Translations under genes and position numbers: made by a program
Notes under the pieces: model-generated
Told to the model about the DNA's origin: nothing
Seen by the model: only the letters and a program-made list of their open reading frames with translations
The model's database searches: none
In this document: in pieces, positions 16,801 to 29,904 of the stretch
Position numbering within the stretch: position 1 is the stretch's first letter
Layout: each line of letters starts with the position of its first letter
Assembly (NCBI GenBank): GCA_022824105.1
Contig: JAJEAZ010000113.1
Coordinates: 1 to 46,267, forward strand
Direction of reading: 5' to 3'
DNA: 46,267 nt
Source: Alphaproteobacteria bacterium
GTDB lineage: Bacteria; Pseudomonadota; Alphaproteobacteria; Bin95

Positions 16801-17991
16801 CTACGCCGCCAGGTCTTCGCCGCCGGGGCCTGCGGACAGGAGATCGTCGCCGATGCTGTCCCCGACCCTGGCCACCGACGCCTTCTCGCTGTCCTCCGCG
16901 AGATGGGCGTAGCGGTAGGTCGTCATCACCGTCTTGTGCCCGAGCAGCCGCGCGATCGTCGGCAACCCTTCGCCGATCGCCAGCGCCTGCGAGGCGAAGC
17001 TGTGCCGGCAATCGTGAAGCCGCAGGTCATCCAGTTCCGCGCGCTCACGCAGACGGTACCAGTAGGAGTTGATGTCCTTGAGAGGCTCGCCGCGCCTCCC
17101 GCCCGCGATCACCCAGGGATTGCCCTCGATGCGCGGTATGCCCGCCAGCACCCGCTCCACCGGCGCCGTCAGGGGCACCCGGCGCGGACCGGTCTTGGAC
17201 TCCCGGATGCGCAGCTCGCCCGCCGCGCGGTCGACGTCGTCCCACCGCAGCCGCAGAATCTCGTTCCTGCGGCACCCGGTGAGCAGCAGCAGCCGGACGG
17301 CCGCGACCGCCCACGCCATCAGGCCCCCCTCAGGCTCCGCCTCGGAGAGCACCCGCCCGAGCCGCGCATATTCCTCATCGTTCAGGAACCGCTCGCACTC
17401 GGGCTGCCTGTAGCGCTTCACCGACCGGCAGGGGTTGGGCCGCGCCGGGGTCATGCCCCAGGCGATTGCCAGATTGAACATCCGCGACAACAGACCCACG
17501 GCGTGGTTGGCCCGGTTGGGCTTGTTCCGCAGCCTGTAGTGCAGCGCCGAGGCGTGCGAGCGGTTGACCTCGGACAGCCTGAGCCCGCCCAGCTCCGGCA
17601 GGATGTGCAGATCGAGCAACGACCGGTATTGCTCCACCGTTCCGGGCCGGCAGTTCACTTCGACATGCGCCGTCATGTAGCGTCCGGCCAGGTCCGCCAC
17701 CGTCGGCTCCGGCGGCTCCGGCGGCGGCGCCGGCTCCAGGCCGCGCCGGATCCGGTCGATCATCTCCGCCGCCTTGCGCCGCGCGTCCCTGGTGCTTATC
17801 TCGGCATCCCGGCCGATGACGCCGCGCTTGGGCAGGCCCCCCGGGACACGGGCCTGCGCGACATAGACCTTGCGCCCGGTGGAGTGCACCCGTATGCCGA
17901 AACCCGGCAGCTCGCTGTCCCAGAACACCCGGTTGCCGCGCTCGACGGTCAGGCCGTCTACGGTTCTCTTGCTCAGCTTGACCGTGCCCAA
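16801..17991 (-). CDS. Tyrosine-type integrase (P4-like, arm-DNA-binding domain), intact
   Basis: FWDSELPGFGIRV; LLLLTGCRRNEI; SKTG; RLHDCRHSFAS; LLGHKTVMTTYRYAH (complete R-K-H-R-H-Y set). Confidence 0.95.
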   Translation of the reverse strand: MGTVKLSKRTVDGLTVERGNRVFWDSELPGFGIRVHSTGRKVYVAQARVPGGLPKRGVIGRDAEISTRDARRKAAEMIDRIRRGLEPAPPPEPPEPTVADLAGRYMTAHVEVNCRPGTVEQYRSLLDLHILPELGGLRLSEVNRSHASALHYRLRNKPNRANHAVGLLSRMFNLAIAWGMTPARPNPCRSVKRYRQPECERFLNDEEYARLGRVLSEAEPEGGLMAWAVAAVRLLLLTGCRRNEILRLRWDDVDRAAGELRIRESKTGPRRVPLTAPVERVLAGIPRIEGNPWVIAGGRRGEPLKDINSYWYRLRERAELDDLRLHDCRHSFASQALAIGEGLPTIARLLGHKTVMTTYRYAHLAEDSEKASVARVGDSIGDDLLSAGPGGEDLAA

Positions 17992-17995
17992 GGCT

Positions 17996-18132
17996 GCAAT
18001 CTCCCGCTGCGGAATTCACGGCGGGCACGATAGCAAATGTGTCTTCAATCCGCAATCGACCCGGTATGCAATCAGCGGGTCGCTCCGCTCCCGCCTGACC
18101 TCTCACGGGGTGATTCGGCGAATCGCAATCAG
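17996..18132. repeat. Clustered GCAATC(AG) repeats upstream of the integrase, possible arm-type binding sites
   Basis: GCAATC at 17996, 18052, 18068 and 18125 (the last two are GCAATCAG). Confidence 0.4.
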
Positions 18133-18173
18133 AAGAAAAAACTTTTTAGCAACAATGCGTTATGGTCTATTGG

Positions 18174-18194
18174 AGCACGCCAGTCCCTGCTCCA
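18174..18194 (+). repeat. Imperfect direct repeat, copy 2 (candidate att site)
   Basis: AGCACGCCAGTCCCTGCTCCA; see 13338-13357. Confidence 0.35.
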
Positions 18195-18402
18195 CTCCCG
18201 TATGTCCTGATTGTCCGGAAAGGCGAGTCTAACTTTGTCATGTTTTGTCATGCGCCGGATACGCCGGCGCCGCCCGTTCAGAAGGGCCGGGGCCGCATGT
18301 GTCATGAAATGTCCGGTTTGCCATGTTCCGTCAGAGCGCTCCGGGCTCCCGCTGAACACACCACCATGTCGCCCCGGCCCCCGAGCCGGGGCCCAGAGCC
18401 TG

Positions 18403-18421
18403 CCCTGAGCCTGTCGAAGGG
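18403..18421 (-). repeat. Short REP-like element
   Basis: Reverse complement CCCTTCGACAGGCTCAGGG shares its CCCTTCGA...CTCAGG ends with the repeats at 43132 and 46017. Confidence 0.5.
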
Positions 18422-18631
18422 GTCGGCCCGAACGATCTTCGCCTGTGGCCCTGGACCCCCGATCGTCGCTGCGCTCCGTCCGGGGTGACAAGGGAGGGGT
18501 GTTGGGTGTGTCATGATAGGTCAGGTTTTGGAATAAGCTAATGTACCAGAGCCAACATGATCAGGTGACTTCCATTAACTAACTGACAAATAGCCATAAT
18601 TTTCGATTTATATCCGCATAGGTAAGCGCCA

Positions 18632-19264
18632 TCAGGCGCGCGCCGCGCTGTTGTGCAGGCGCTCGAACCCGGCGATGACCTCAGCGGCGGTCGAAATATC
18701 GGCGTAGCGCCGCTCGACGTCGCGCAGGTTGGCGCGGTGCGGCTCCTCCTCGTGGTCGCCGACGCAATCCTCGGGCACGATGGTGCGGAAGCCGAGGCTG
18801 AATGCGTCGATTACCGAGGCGCGTACGCAGCCCGAGGTGATGCAGCCGGTAACGATCGCCGTGTCGACGCGTTGTTTGACGAGGAACTGCGCGACCGGCG
18901 TGTTGAAGAAGATCGACGGCGCGGTCTTGGTTATGACGAGGTCAGGCTTTGCAGCGGCGATGCGCGGGTCGAGTTCGACCGAGGGGTGGCCCTCGAACAG
19001 TTCCTCGCGCAGCGGCGCGATCTTCCAGTAGGGCATGGCCTCGACCGACTGGTAGCCCATCGCGCAGGCGGCGACCGGGAAGCCGGCGCGGCGTGCGGCT
19101 TCGATGACCTCAACCGTCCTGTCGACGGCGCGGTCGATCATATCGGCGCCGCCCATGCGGAACGCCGGGTCGGTGAAGCCGCGCTGGAAATCGACGACGA
19201 CGACGCCCGGTTTTTCGCCCCAGCCGATCTCGCCGTCGCCGTAGCCGCGTTCGCTATAGTCCAT
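18632..19264 (-). CDS. Isochorismatase-family cysteine hydrolase (N-carbamoylsarcosine amidase / maleamate amidohydrolase-like)
   Basis: VVVVDFQRGF, ITKTAPSIF, GCITSGCVRASVIDA (D-K-C triad); start at MDYSERG. Confidence 0.92.
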   Translation of the reverse strand: MDYSERGYGDGEIGWGEKPGVVVVDFQRGFTDPAFRMGGADMIDRAVDRTVEVIEAARRAGFPVAACAMGYQSVEAMPYWKIAPLREELFEGHPSVELDPRIAAAKPDLVITKTAPSIFFNTPVAQFLVKQRVDTAIVTGCITSGCVRASVIDAFSLGFRTIVPEDCVGDHEEEPHRANLRDVERRYADISTAAEVIAGFERLHNSAARA

Positions 19265-19402
19265 GATCTCGCGTTTCCCTTGCATCGGAACGGCCGGCAT
19301 TTAAGCATGGTATCCGGAAAACGTCTGCGGTGTTCGAGGCGCCGCGTTCAAGAAAAGGCGCAGAGCCCGCAACAGCGGTCGAGCAGGGGAGTTTTGGGTT
19401 CG

Positions 19403-21478
19403 ATGGGATACCGGATTTCAGTCGATACGGGAGGCACCTTCACCGACATGGTCCTGCTCGACGAGGACAACCGTTTCCATGTCGGCAAGGCGCTGACCAC
19501 GTCGGACCGCATTTCAGAGGGCATGTTTGCGGCGCTCGATGTCATCGCCGAGGCGCTCGGCAAGACCGCCAAGACGCTGCTGGCGGAAACCGACATCCTG
19601 ATTTACGGGACGACGCGGGCGACCAACGCCATCGTTACCAAGAAAACGGCGCGCACGGCCTTCCTGACGACGTCCGGCTTCCGCGACGTGCTGGTCTTCA
19701 AGGAAGGCGGCAAGCACGGGCCGCACGATTACAGTTACGACTATCCGCAGCCCTATATCCCGCGCCGCTACACGTTCGAAATCGACGAGCGTACCGGCTC
19801 AGGCGGCGACATTGTGCGCCCGCTCGACGAGGCGCAGGCCCGCACCGTGGTCGAGACGCTGAAGGCGCGCGGTTTCGAGGCGGTGGCGGTATCGCTGCTC
19901 TGGTCGATCGCCAACAACGAGCACGAGGCGAAAATTGGTGAGCTGATCGAAGAGATCATGCCCGGCGTGCCCTACACGCTGTCGCACCGTCTGGCGCCGA
20001 TCCTGCGCGAGTACCGCCGCGCCTCCGCTACCGCCATCGACGCCTCGCTGAAGCCGCTGATGCAGGCGCATCTGCGCCGCATGCAGAGCGACCTGCGCGA
20101 CGCCGGGTTTGCCGGCGACCTGCTGGTCTCGACGTCGGTCGGCGGCTTCCAGGAGATCGAGACGCTGGTCGAACGGCCGATCAACACGTTGAAATCGGGG
20201 CCGGCGATGGCGCCAGTGGCGGCGCGCGCCTACGCCGCGGTCGAGCATATGGGCGGAGATGTCATCGTCTGCGATGCCGGCGGTACGACCTTCGATGTCG
20301 GACTCGTGCGCGACGGCCAACTCGTCTATTCGCGAGACAGCTGGCTCGGGCCGCTCTGGACCGGCGATATTATCGGCGCCTCGACCGTCGATGTCCGGTC
20401 GATCGGCGCCGGCGGCGGCTCCATCGCCTGGGTCGATCCCGGCGGCCTGTTGCGCGTCGGGCCGCAATCGGCCGGCTCGGTACCGGGTCCGGCCTGCTAT
20501 GGCGGCGGCGGCCGCGAGCCGACCGTCACCGATGCTGCGCTGGTGCTCGGCTATATCGATCCCGACTATTTCAACGGCGGCCGGTTGACGCTGGATCGCG
20601 CGGCGGCCGAAGCGGTGATCGGCACGCTGGCAGCGACGCTGGGCAAGGATGTCGACGAGACGGCGCACGCAATTCTGGTTATTGCCAACGAGCTGATGAT
20701 CAAAGCAATTGGCGAGATCACCGTCAACGACGGGGTGAACCCGCGCGAGAGCGTCGTGGTCGCGGGCGGCGGAGCGGCCGGCTTCAACATCATGCCGATC
20801 GCGCGCGAACTGGGGTGCGAAACGGTGATCCTGCCGCGCACCGCCTCGGCGCTGTCGGCCTGCGGCATGCAATATTCGTCGATCGTCTTCGAGGCGACGC
20901 GCAGCCGGTTCACCGATTCCGCCGGCTTCGATCGCACCGGCGTCAACGCCGCGCTCGACGAGATCGATGCCGAACTGCTGGCGTTCCGCGACAGCCTCGG
21001 CATCGCCGCGGCGTCGGAAGTGACCATCGAGTATTTCGTCGAGGCGCGCTATCGCGCGCAGGTGTGGGAACTCGACACCGCCCTGTCGAAGCCGCACCTG
21101 GACGACGACGCGGATGTCGCCGAGCTGATCGAGGCGTTCCACCAGACGCACGACCGCGTATACGCGGTTCGCGACGACGAAAGCCCGGTCGAGTGCGTCA
21201 ACTGGAAAGGCCGTATCTCGATCCGCCCGTTCGAACCGCCGCCGTCGCCCGACCCGTCCGATGCGACGCACGCCCCCGACGCCGCGACAACGCGCGACTG
21301 CTATTTCGGCGACGGTGTGCGCGTGCCGACGCCGATCTATCGCGGCGCCGACCTCACTGCCGGTGCGGCGGTGTCGGGGCCCGCGATCATCGAGGAGCCG
21401 ACGACCACCATCGTCGTCTATCCCGGCATGTCGGCGCGGCTGAGCGTCGCCGGCGACTACATTCTCAACAGCCTGTGA
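19403..21478 (+). CDS. Hydantoinase/oxoprolinase subunit A (HyuA-like)
   Basis: ISVDTGGTFTD, YGTTRATNA, SGPA, DAGGTTFDV, SIGAGGGSIA, GPQSAGSVPGPACYG, PTVTDA; true start at 19403. Confidence 0.95.
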   Translation: MGYRISVDTGGTFTDMVLLDEDNRFHVGKALTTSDRISEGMFAALDVIAEALGKTAKTLLAETDILIYGTTRATNAIVTKKTARTAFLTTSGFRDVLVFKEGGKHGPHDYSYDYPQPYIPRRYTFEIDERTGSGGDIVRPLDEAQARTVVETLKARGFEAVAVSLLWSIANNEHEAKIGELIEEIMPGVPYTLSHRLAPILREYRRASATAIDASLKPLMQAHLRRMQSDLRDAGFAGDLLVSTSVGGFQEIETLVERPINTLKSGPAMAPVAARAYAAVEHMGGDVIVCDAGGTTFDVGLVRDGQLVYSRDSWLGPLWTGDIIGASTVDVRSIGAGGGSIAWVDPGGLLRVGPQSAGSVPGPACYGGGGREPTVTDAALVLGYIDPDYFNGGRLTLDRAAAEAVIGTLAATLGKDVDETAHAILVIANELMIKAIGEITVNDGVNPRESVVVAGGGAAGFNIMPIARELGCETVILPRTASALSACGMQYSSIVFEATRSRFTDSAGFDRTGVNAALDEIDAELLAFRDSLGIAAASEVTIEYFVEARYRAQVWELDTALSKPHLDDDADVAELIEAFHQTHDRVYAVRDDESPVECVNWKGRISIRPFEPPPSPDPSDATHAPDAATTRDCYFGDGVRVPTPIYRGADLTAGAAVSGPAIIEEPTTTIVVYPGMSARLSVAGDYILNSL

Positions 21479-21495
21479 TGCGGGAGGCTCATTCC

Positions 21496-23295
21496 ATGTC
21501 CGAATCCCAGACCACGCTGGACCCCGTTCTCATCTCGGTGATGGCCAATCGTCTCGACGGCATCGTGCGCGAGATGACCAATACTCTGCTGCGCTCGGCG
21601 CGCTCGGCCGTCATTTCCTCGGCGCGCGACTTTTCGTGCTGCCTTGTCACCGGCGAGGACGAGTTGCTGGCGCCGGCCGAGGGGCTGCCGGTGCATATTT
21701 TCGGCTGTCACATCCAGACCGCCAATATGCGCAAGTACCATGAAGGCGATATCCGTCGCGGCGATGCCTATCTCGACAACGATCCCTATGGCGGCAACAC
21801 GCACCCGGCGGACCACACCTTCATGGTGCCGGTATTCTGGGAGGGCGAGCATCTGTTCACCGCCGTCTCCAAGTGCCACATGGCGGATATCGGCAACTCG
21901 ATCCCGTCCTCCTACTTCGTGCGCGCGCGCGACGTATACGAGGAGGGGGCGCTGGTCTTCCCCGGCGTGCGTATCCAGCGCGACTTCAAGAATGTCGAGG
22001 ACATTATGCGCATGTGCCGGGCCCGCATCCGCGTGCCCGACCAGTGGTATGGCGACTACCTGGCCGGCCTCGGGTCGGCACGCATCGCCGAACGCCGGCT
22101 CGAAGCGTTCTGCGAGAAGTACGGCAAGGATACGGTTAAGGCGTTTATGCGCGAATGGCTCGACTATTCCGAACGCCGCATGATCGATTCGATCCGTCGC
22201 CTGCCGAAGGCGAGCCTGACCAACAAGGGCAAGTCCGATCCGCTCGAGGGTATGCTGCCAGACGGGCTCGAACTCACCGTCAAGATCGACATCGACCCCG
22301 ATGCCGGCGAGATTCATGTCGACCTGCGCGACAACCCGCCCTCGATCGATGCCGGCCTCAATACCTCGCTCGGCTCGGCGACATCGGCTGTGGTCGGCGC
22401 GATCTTCAATGCGCTCGACAAGGATCTGCCGCGCAATGAGGGCGCGTTCCGCCGGCTGCATTTCAAGTATGCCGAGGACAGCGTAGTTGCCGCGCCGACC
22501 TTTCCGCATTCCTGTTCGGTGTCGACGACCAACGTCGCCGAACGTCTGGTCAACATAACCCAGTCGGCGTTCGCGCAACTCGGCGACGGGCATGGCCTGT
22601 CGGAAGGCGGCGCCGGGCTCGGCGCCGGCATGGCCGTCATCTCCGGCCGCGATTTGGGTCGCGGCGGCCAGCCCTATGTGAACCGCCTGATGCTGTCGAC
22701 CAATGGCGGTCCCGCGAGCGCCGAGGCCGACGGCTGGGTCAACTACGCCCTTCCGGTGATCGCCGGGCTGATGTACCGGGATTCGGTGGAGGTCGACGAG
22801 CTGAAGCACCCGATCCGCGTCGAGTCGCTCAGCCTGGTAACCGACAGCGCCGGCGCCGGCCGGCGGCGCGGCGCGCCGGCGCAGCAGATCGAGTACGGCC
22901 CGACCGGCGCGCCGATGACGGCGGTGATCTCGTGCGACGGCCAGCACCACCAGCCGCGCGGCGTCATCGGCGGCCTTCCTGGCACGGCGGGAGAGACCTG
23001 GCTGATCCAGGACGACGCCCAGCCCGAGCGCCTGCCCAACGTCGCGCATGTCACCATCGATGTCGGCCAGCGCATTCGAGGACGCGACAGCGCCGGCGGC
23101 GGCTATGGCGATCCGCTCGACCGCGAGCCCGAGCGCGTGCTGGTCGACGTCCTCGAGGGCTGGGAGACGCGGCAGAAGGCCAAAGACGTCTACGGCGTCG
23201 TCTTCACCGGCGAGATCGACGACGAGACGCTGACCATCGATGCCGCCGCGACGGCAACGCGCCGCGACGAACTGCGCGCCGCGCACGCCGCATGA
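21496..23295 (+). CDS. Hydantoinase B/oxoprolinase subunit (HyuB-like)
   Basis: LDPVLISV...EMTNTLLRSARS..I...RDFSC, NDPYGGNTHPAD, HMADIG, EEG, DSAGAGRRRG, GGGYGDPLDR; RBS GGGAGG. Confidence 0.95.
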   Translation: MSESQTTLDPVLISVMANRLDGIVREMTNTLLRSARSAVISSARDFSCCLVTGEDELLAPAEGLPVHIFGCHIQTANMRKYHEGDIRRGDAYLDNDPYGGNTHPADHTFMVPVFWEGEHLFTAVSKCHMADIGNSIPSSYFVRARDVYEEGALVFPGVRIQRDFKNVEDIMRMCRARIRVPDQWYGDYLAGLGSARIAERRLEAFCEKYGKDTVKAFMREWLDYSERRMIDSIRRLPKASLTNKGKSDPLEGMLPDGLELTVKIDIDPDAGEIHVDLRDNPPSIDAGLNTSLGSATSAVVGAIFNALDKDLPRNEGAFRRLHFKYAEDSVVAAPTFPHSCSVSTTNVAERLVNITQSAFAQLGDGHGLSEGGAGLGAGMAVISGRDLGRGGQPYVNRLMLSTNGGPASAEADGWVNYALPVIAGLMYRDSVEVDELKHPIRVESLSLVTDSAGAGRRRGAPAQQIEYGPTGAPMTAVISCDGQHHQPRGVIGGLPGTAGETWLIQDDAQPERLPNVAHVTIDVGQRIRGRDSAGGGYGDPLDREPERVLVDVLEGWETRQKAKDVYGVVFTGEIDDETLTIDAAATATRRDELRAAHAA

Positions 23296-23417
23296 CGCAA
23301 TCGGTCGGCGATCCCGGCAGCGTTCGCGCGTTCGCCAGGCAAGTGCGCGATGGCGCGCTGACGGCGCGGGCAGTGGACCTGGCACATTCCGCTCTCGGCG
23401 GGATACCCCTGCACTGA
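23292..23417 (+). pseudogene. Probable N-terminal stub of an amidase-signature gene
   Basis: ATGA-coupled to hyuB; MTQSVGDPGSVRAFARQVRDGALTARAV resembles amidase N-termini, then the frame stops after ~41 aa. Confidence 0.4.
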
Positions 23418-23572
23418 ACTGCTGCCCGCGACGCCCCGATATTGTCTCCGCGCTTCGAAATGGTCTCTCGCCGCCCTGAGCGCCTGCCCGGGTCCCGGCA
23501 TTGAAAAATCATGTTTTGTCATGGCGCCCGTTTCCTCGCCCTTTCCCGTCCTTCCGGCCGGCGCAGGGCGCC

Positions 23573-24325
23573 CTAGTAAATGTCGAACGGGAAATACCGG
23601 GCGTTGATTTTTTGGTAGGTGCCGTCGGCGCGGATCGCCCGGATCGCGCGGTTCAGGCGGCGGCGCAGCGCTTCGTCCGCCTGGCGCACGGCGATGCCGA
23701 TGCCCTGGTCCAGGCGGTATCCGTCCCCCGCGAACGCGAAGCCCGCGCCCGCCGGACTGCGGAGCCATTGCCAATGGCCGAGACCGTCGCCGAACACCGC
23801 GTCCAAGCGGCCCTCGACGAGCGCGCGCATCAGCGCGTCCTGTTCGCCGAACAGCTTTATCGTGGCGACCCGCGACAGGTTGGCTTCCAGCCAGTCCGAG
23901 GCGATCGTCGCGCGCGCCGCGCCGATGGTCCGCCCGGCCGGTGCGGCGGGGTCGAACCCGCCGCCCTTGCGCGCGACGAAGCGAACCACGTCGCTGTAGT
24001 AGCGGTCCGTAAACGCGACCAGCCGGCGGCGCTTCTCGGTGATCGACATGCTGGAGACGATGGCGTCGAACTTCCCGGCCCGCAGGGCGGGAATCAGCTT
24101 TTCCCAGTCCTCGCGGACGAACGCGCACGCGGTTTCCAGCCGCCGGCACAGCGCCCGGGCGATATCGATGTCGAAACCCTTGAGCCGGCCCGTATCGTCG
24201 ACTTCGCTGAAGGGCGGATAGCCGGGATCGACGCCGATGCGGAGTTTCCCGCTCGCCGCATCGGCGCCCGGCGCCGGGGCGAGGGACAGAAGGAAAACGA
24301 TCAGCGCAGCGGTCAGTGTCTTCAT
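23573..24325 (-). CDS. Polar amino-acid ABC transporter substrate-binding protein (family 3), orphan
   Basis: Signal peptide MKTLTAALIVFLLSLA; LRIGVDPGYPPF, GFDIDIA, WEKLIPALRAGKFDAI, SMSITEKR, DGTYQKINARYF. Confidence 0.93.
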   Translation of the reverse strand: MKTLTAALIVFLLSLAPAPGADAASGKLRIGVDPGYPPFSEVDDTGRLKGFDIDIARALCRRLETACAFVREDWEKLIPALRAGKFDAIVSSMSITEKRRRLVAFTDRYYSDVVRFVARKGGGFDPAAPAGRTIGAARATIASDWLEANLSRVATIKLFGEQDALMRALVEGRLDAVFGDGLGHWQWLRSPAGAGFAFAGDGYRLDQGIGIAVRQADEALRRRLNRAIRAIRADGTYQKINARYFPFDIY

Positions 24326-24470
24326 GCGTGTTCCGCTCCTGTGTTCCCGTTGCGGCCTACCGACGGCCTGACGCCGTGGCGGGCGACCGGACTCCATCGT
24401 CCGCCCATGGTCCGTGAGAATGTAATCGCCGCTTCCGGACATTCCATCGGGGATCGTCGGCGATTTCTCC

Positions 24471-24620
24471 CGTCATCCCGACCGAGTGCAAGCGAGGGAT
24501 CTCGGCTCGGCATACGGAACAAGCGCCATCCGGCGGCGACGAGATTCCTTGTATCTCACCGAACAGCCCCCGGTGCTACGGTGCCGGTGGGGGAAGCGGG
24601 CGGCTCCGGTCGGAATGACG
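24471..24620. repeat. REP/MITE-like palindromic element (~150 bp)
   Basis: Terminal IR CGTCATCCCGACCG / CGGTCGGAATGACG (1 mismatch) with inner GAGGGATCTCG / CGAGATTCCTT pairing. Confidence 0.65.
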
Positions 24621-24766
24621 ATGTTGGGGGCCGGGCACGACGGGCGGCTGCCAAGCGCGGCCCATTCCGGGATTGCTTTCCTCAATGCAGACAGAAAATC
24701 GGGGCGGCCCTTTCGGGCGCGCCCCGCAAGTTCAGGGAGGAGTAACGGTCAGGCAAACATGCCCGG

Positions 24767-28567
<3,801 letters not shown>

Positions 28568-28616
28568 CGGCGTGTCTCCCCTATCCGTCGGGCGCCCGGC
28601 CGGCGCCGACTCCCCT

Positions 28617-28744
28617 ATCCCGTATCTTGTGGATCACCGTCCACTTGACCCAAGATATTGCGAAGGGTGCCGGTCTGTCAACTAAATGTTGTATTTGGAA
28701 TTTATACTGCCACAGAATCTGGAAGGAATTTCAAGATATAGCGC
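28617..28744. promoter_or_regulatory. NrdR boxes upstream of nrdJ
   Basis: 16-mers fitting acaCwAtATaTwGtgt at 28617 (atcCcgtATcTtGtgg), 28648 (accCaAgATaTtGcga), 28679 (caaCtAaATgTtGtat), 28710 (ccaCagaATcTgGaag) and 28729 (tttCaAgATaTaGcgc). Confidence 0.8.
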
Positions 28745-28840
28745 ATGCCGCTCGGAGACGCCATAACCGGATAAAATCGCCGGAACCGGCCGGGAACCGG
28801 CGCCTGGCGGCGCCGCAACGGATCGTTCCAGCGCCGCCGC

Positions 28841-29785
28841 CTACGCCTTCCGGCCGGCCAGGGCGACGCCGAAGATCGCCAGGACGACCAGCGCCGCGCC
28901 GAGCCACTGGGTCGTCCCGAAAGCCTCGCCGAACAGGGCCACCGCCATGACGATGGTGAAGATCGGCTCCAGGTTCATCACCAGCGCCGTGCGCGCTTCG
29001 CGCAGGAAGTTGAGCGCGGCGTAGAACATGACGAAGGCGGCGCAGATGAAAACGATCGTCCCGGCGAGCGCCGCCCAGCCGGCTGCGGCGTCCGGCCACC
29101 GGAACCCGCCGGAGGCGACGAGGCTGCCGCTGTAGAAGACGGCCGAGCCGAGCACCATCCAGAAGGCGACGGCGACGGGCGACATGCCGTGGCGCATCAG
29201 TTTGGCGCTGACCAGGATGTTGCCGGAGATCGCCAGCGCCGACACCAGGGCGAGCGTAACGCCCATCGGATGCAGCTCGCCCCCGGTATCGAGGGCGAGG
29301 TAGAGGCCCGCGAAGGCGACGACGAGGCCGACCGCCATGACCGGGCGCAGCGGCTCGATCCGCAGGGCGGCGGCCAGCAGGCCGACGATGAAGGGGAACA
29401 GGTAGAAGACGAGGATCGACAGGCTGACCGACATCCGGTCGAAGGCCGACAGCAGCGACCAGCCGTTCACCGAAAACAGGACCGCGCCGAACGCGAGCCA
29501 GCCCGCCATGCCGCGGGGAACCGCCGGCCACGTCCGCCGGGCGGCGAACCAGAGGCAGAGCAGCGGCACGAGAATCCAGGAGCGGCCGACCAGCACCGTA
29601 TCGACGGAGACGCCGTGCCGGTAGCTCTCCTTGGCCAGATTGTTGTTGGCGCTGAAAAAGACCGTCGCGACCAGGATCAGCAGAAAGCCGACCGCCGCCC
29701 GGTCGCCCATCAGGCGCGCGACCGGCGAGCGATGCGGCGGGGAGTCGGGCGGGGGGGCGGAGGTCGGGTCGGCGGGCGGTGTCAT
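28841..29785 (-). CDS. DMT/EamA-family transporter
   Basis: About 10 hydrophobic helices in two repeats; NLEPIFTIVMAVALFGEAF. Confidence 0.9.
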   Translation of the reverse strand: MTPPADPTSAPPPDSPPHRSPVARLMGDRAAVGFLLILVATVFFSANNNLAKESYRHGVSVDTVLVGRSWILVPLLCLWFAARRTWPAVPRGMAGWLAFGAVLFSVNGWSLLSAFDRMSVSLSILVFYLFPFIVGLLAAALRIEPLRPVMAVGLVVAFAGLYLALDTGGELHPMGVTLALVSALAISGNILVSAKLMRHGMSPVAVAFWMVLGSAVFYSGSLVASGGFRWPDAAAGWAALAGTIVFICAAFVMFYAALNFLREARTALVMNLEPIFTIVMAVALFGEAFGTTQWLGAALVVLAIFGVALAGRKA

Positions 29786-29904
29786 GGGCCGCCTCCTATC
29801 CCAAGGCGGCGGGGTGCGGGCAAGATTTTTCCTTGGCCGATGGAATTGCCCCGGCGGCTCTGTTAAGCTTTTTTCGCCTCCGGTACGCCGAAAGGATTGC
29901 TGCG

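Larger units (their letters stand above)
1..18200. mobile_element. Composite genomic/defence island (left end outside the window)
   Basis: IS66 pieces, tandem integrases at the right edge, R-M-like and nucleotide-modification cargo, and visibly lower GC over much of 680-13300 than in the backbone. Boundary approximate. Confidence 0.75.

Noticed and set aside
18233-18515. Recurrent TGTCATG words
   Set aside because: Short and irregularly spaced; they may belong to a degenerate repeat, but I cannot support a function.
18000-18630. tRNA/tmRNA integration site next to the integrase
   Set aside because: No T-loop (GTTCRA) cloverleaf or CCA-ended tRNA recognisable on either strand.
18653-19402. 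N-terminal 250 aa of the 941-aa ORF, suggesting a fusion to hydantoinase A
   Set aside because: It is antisense to the isochorismatase gene; the HyuA motif begins at ATG 19403.
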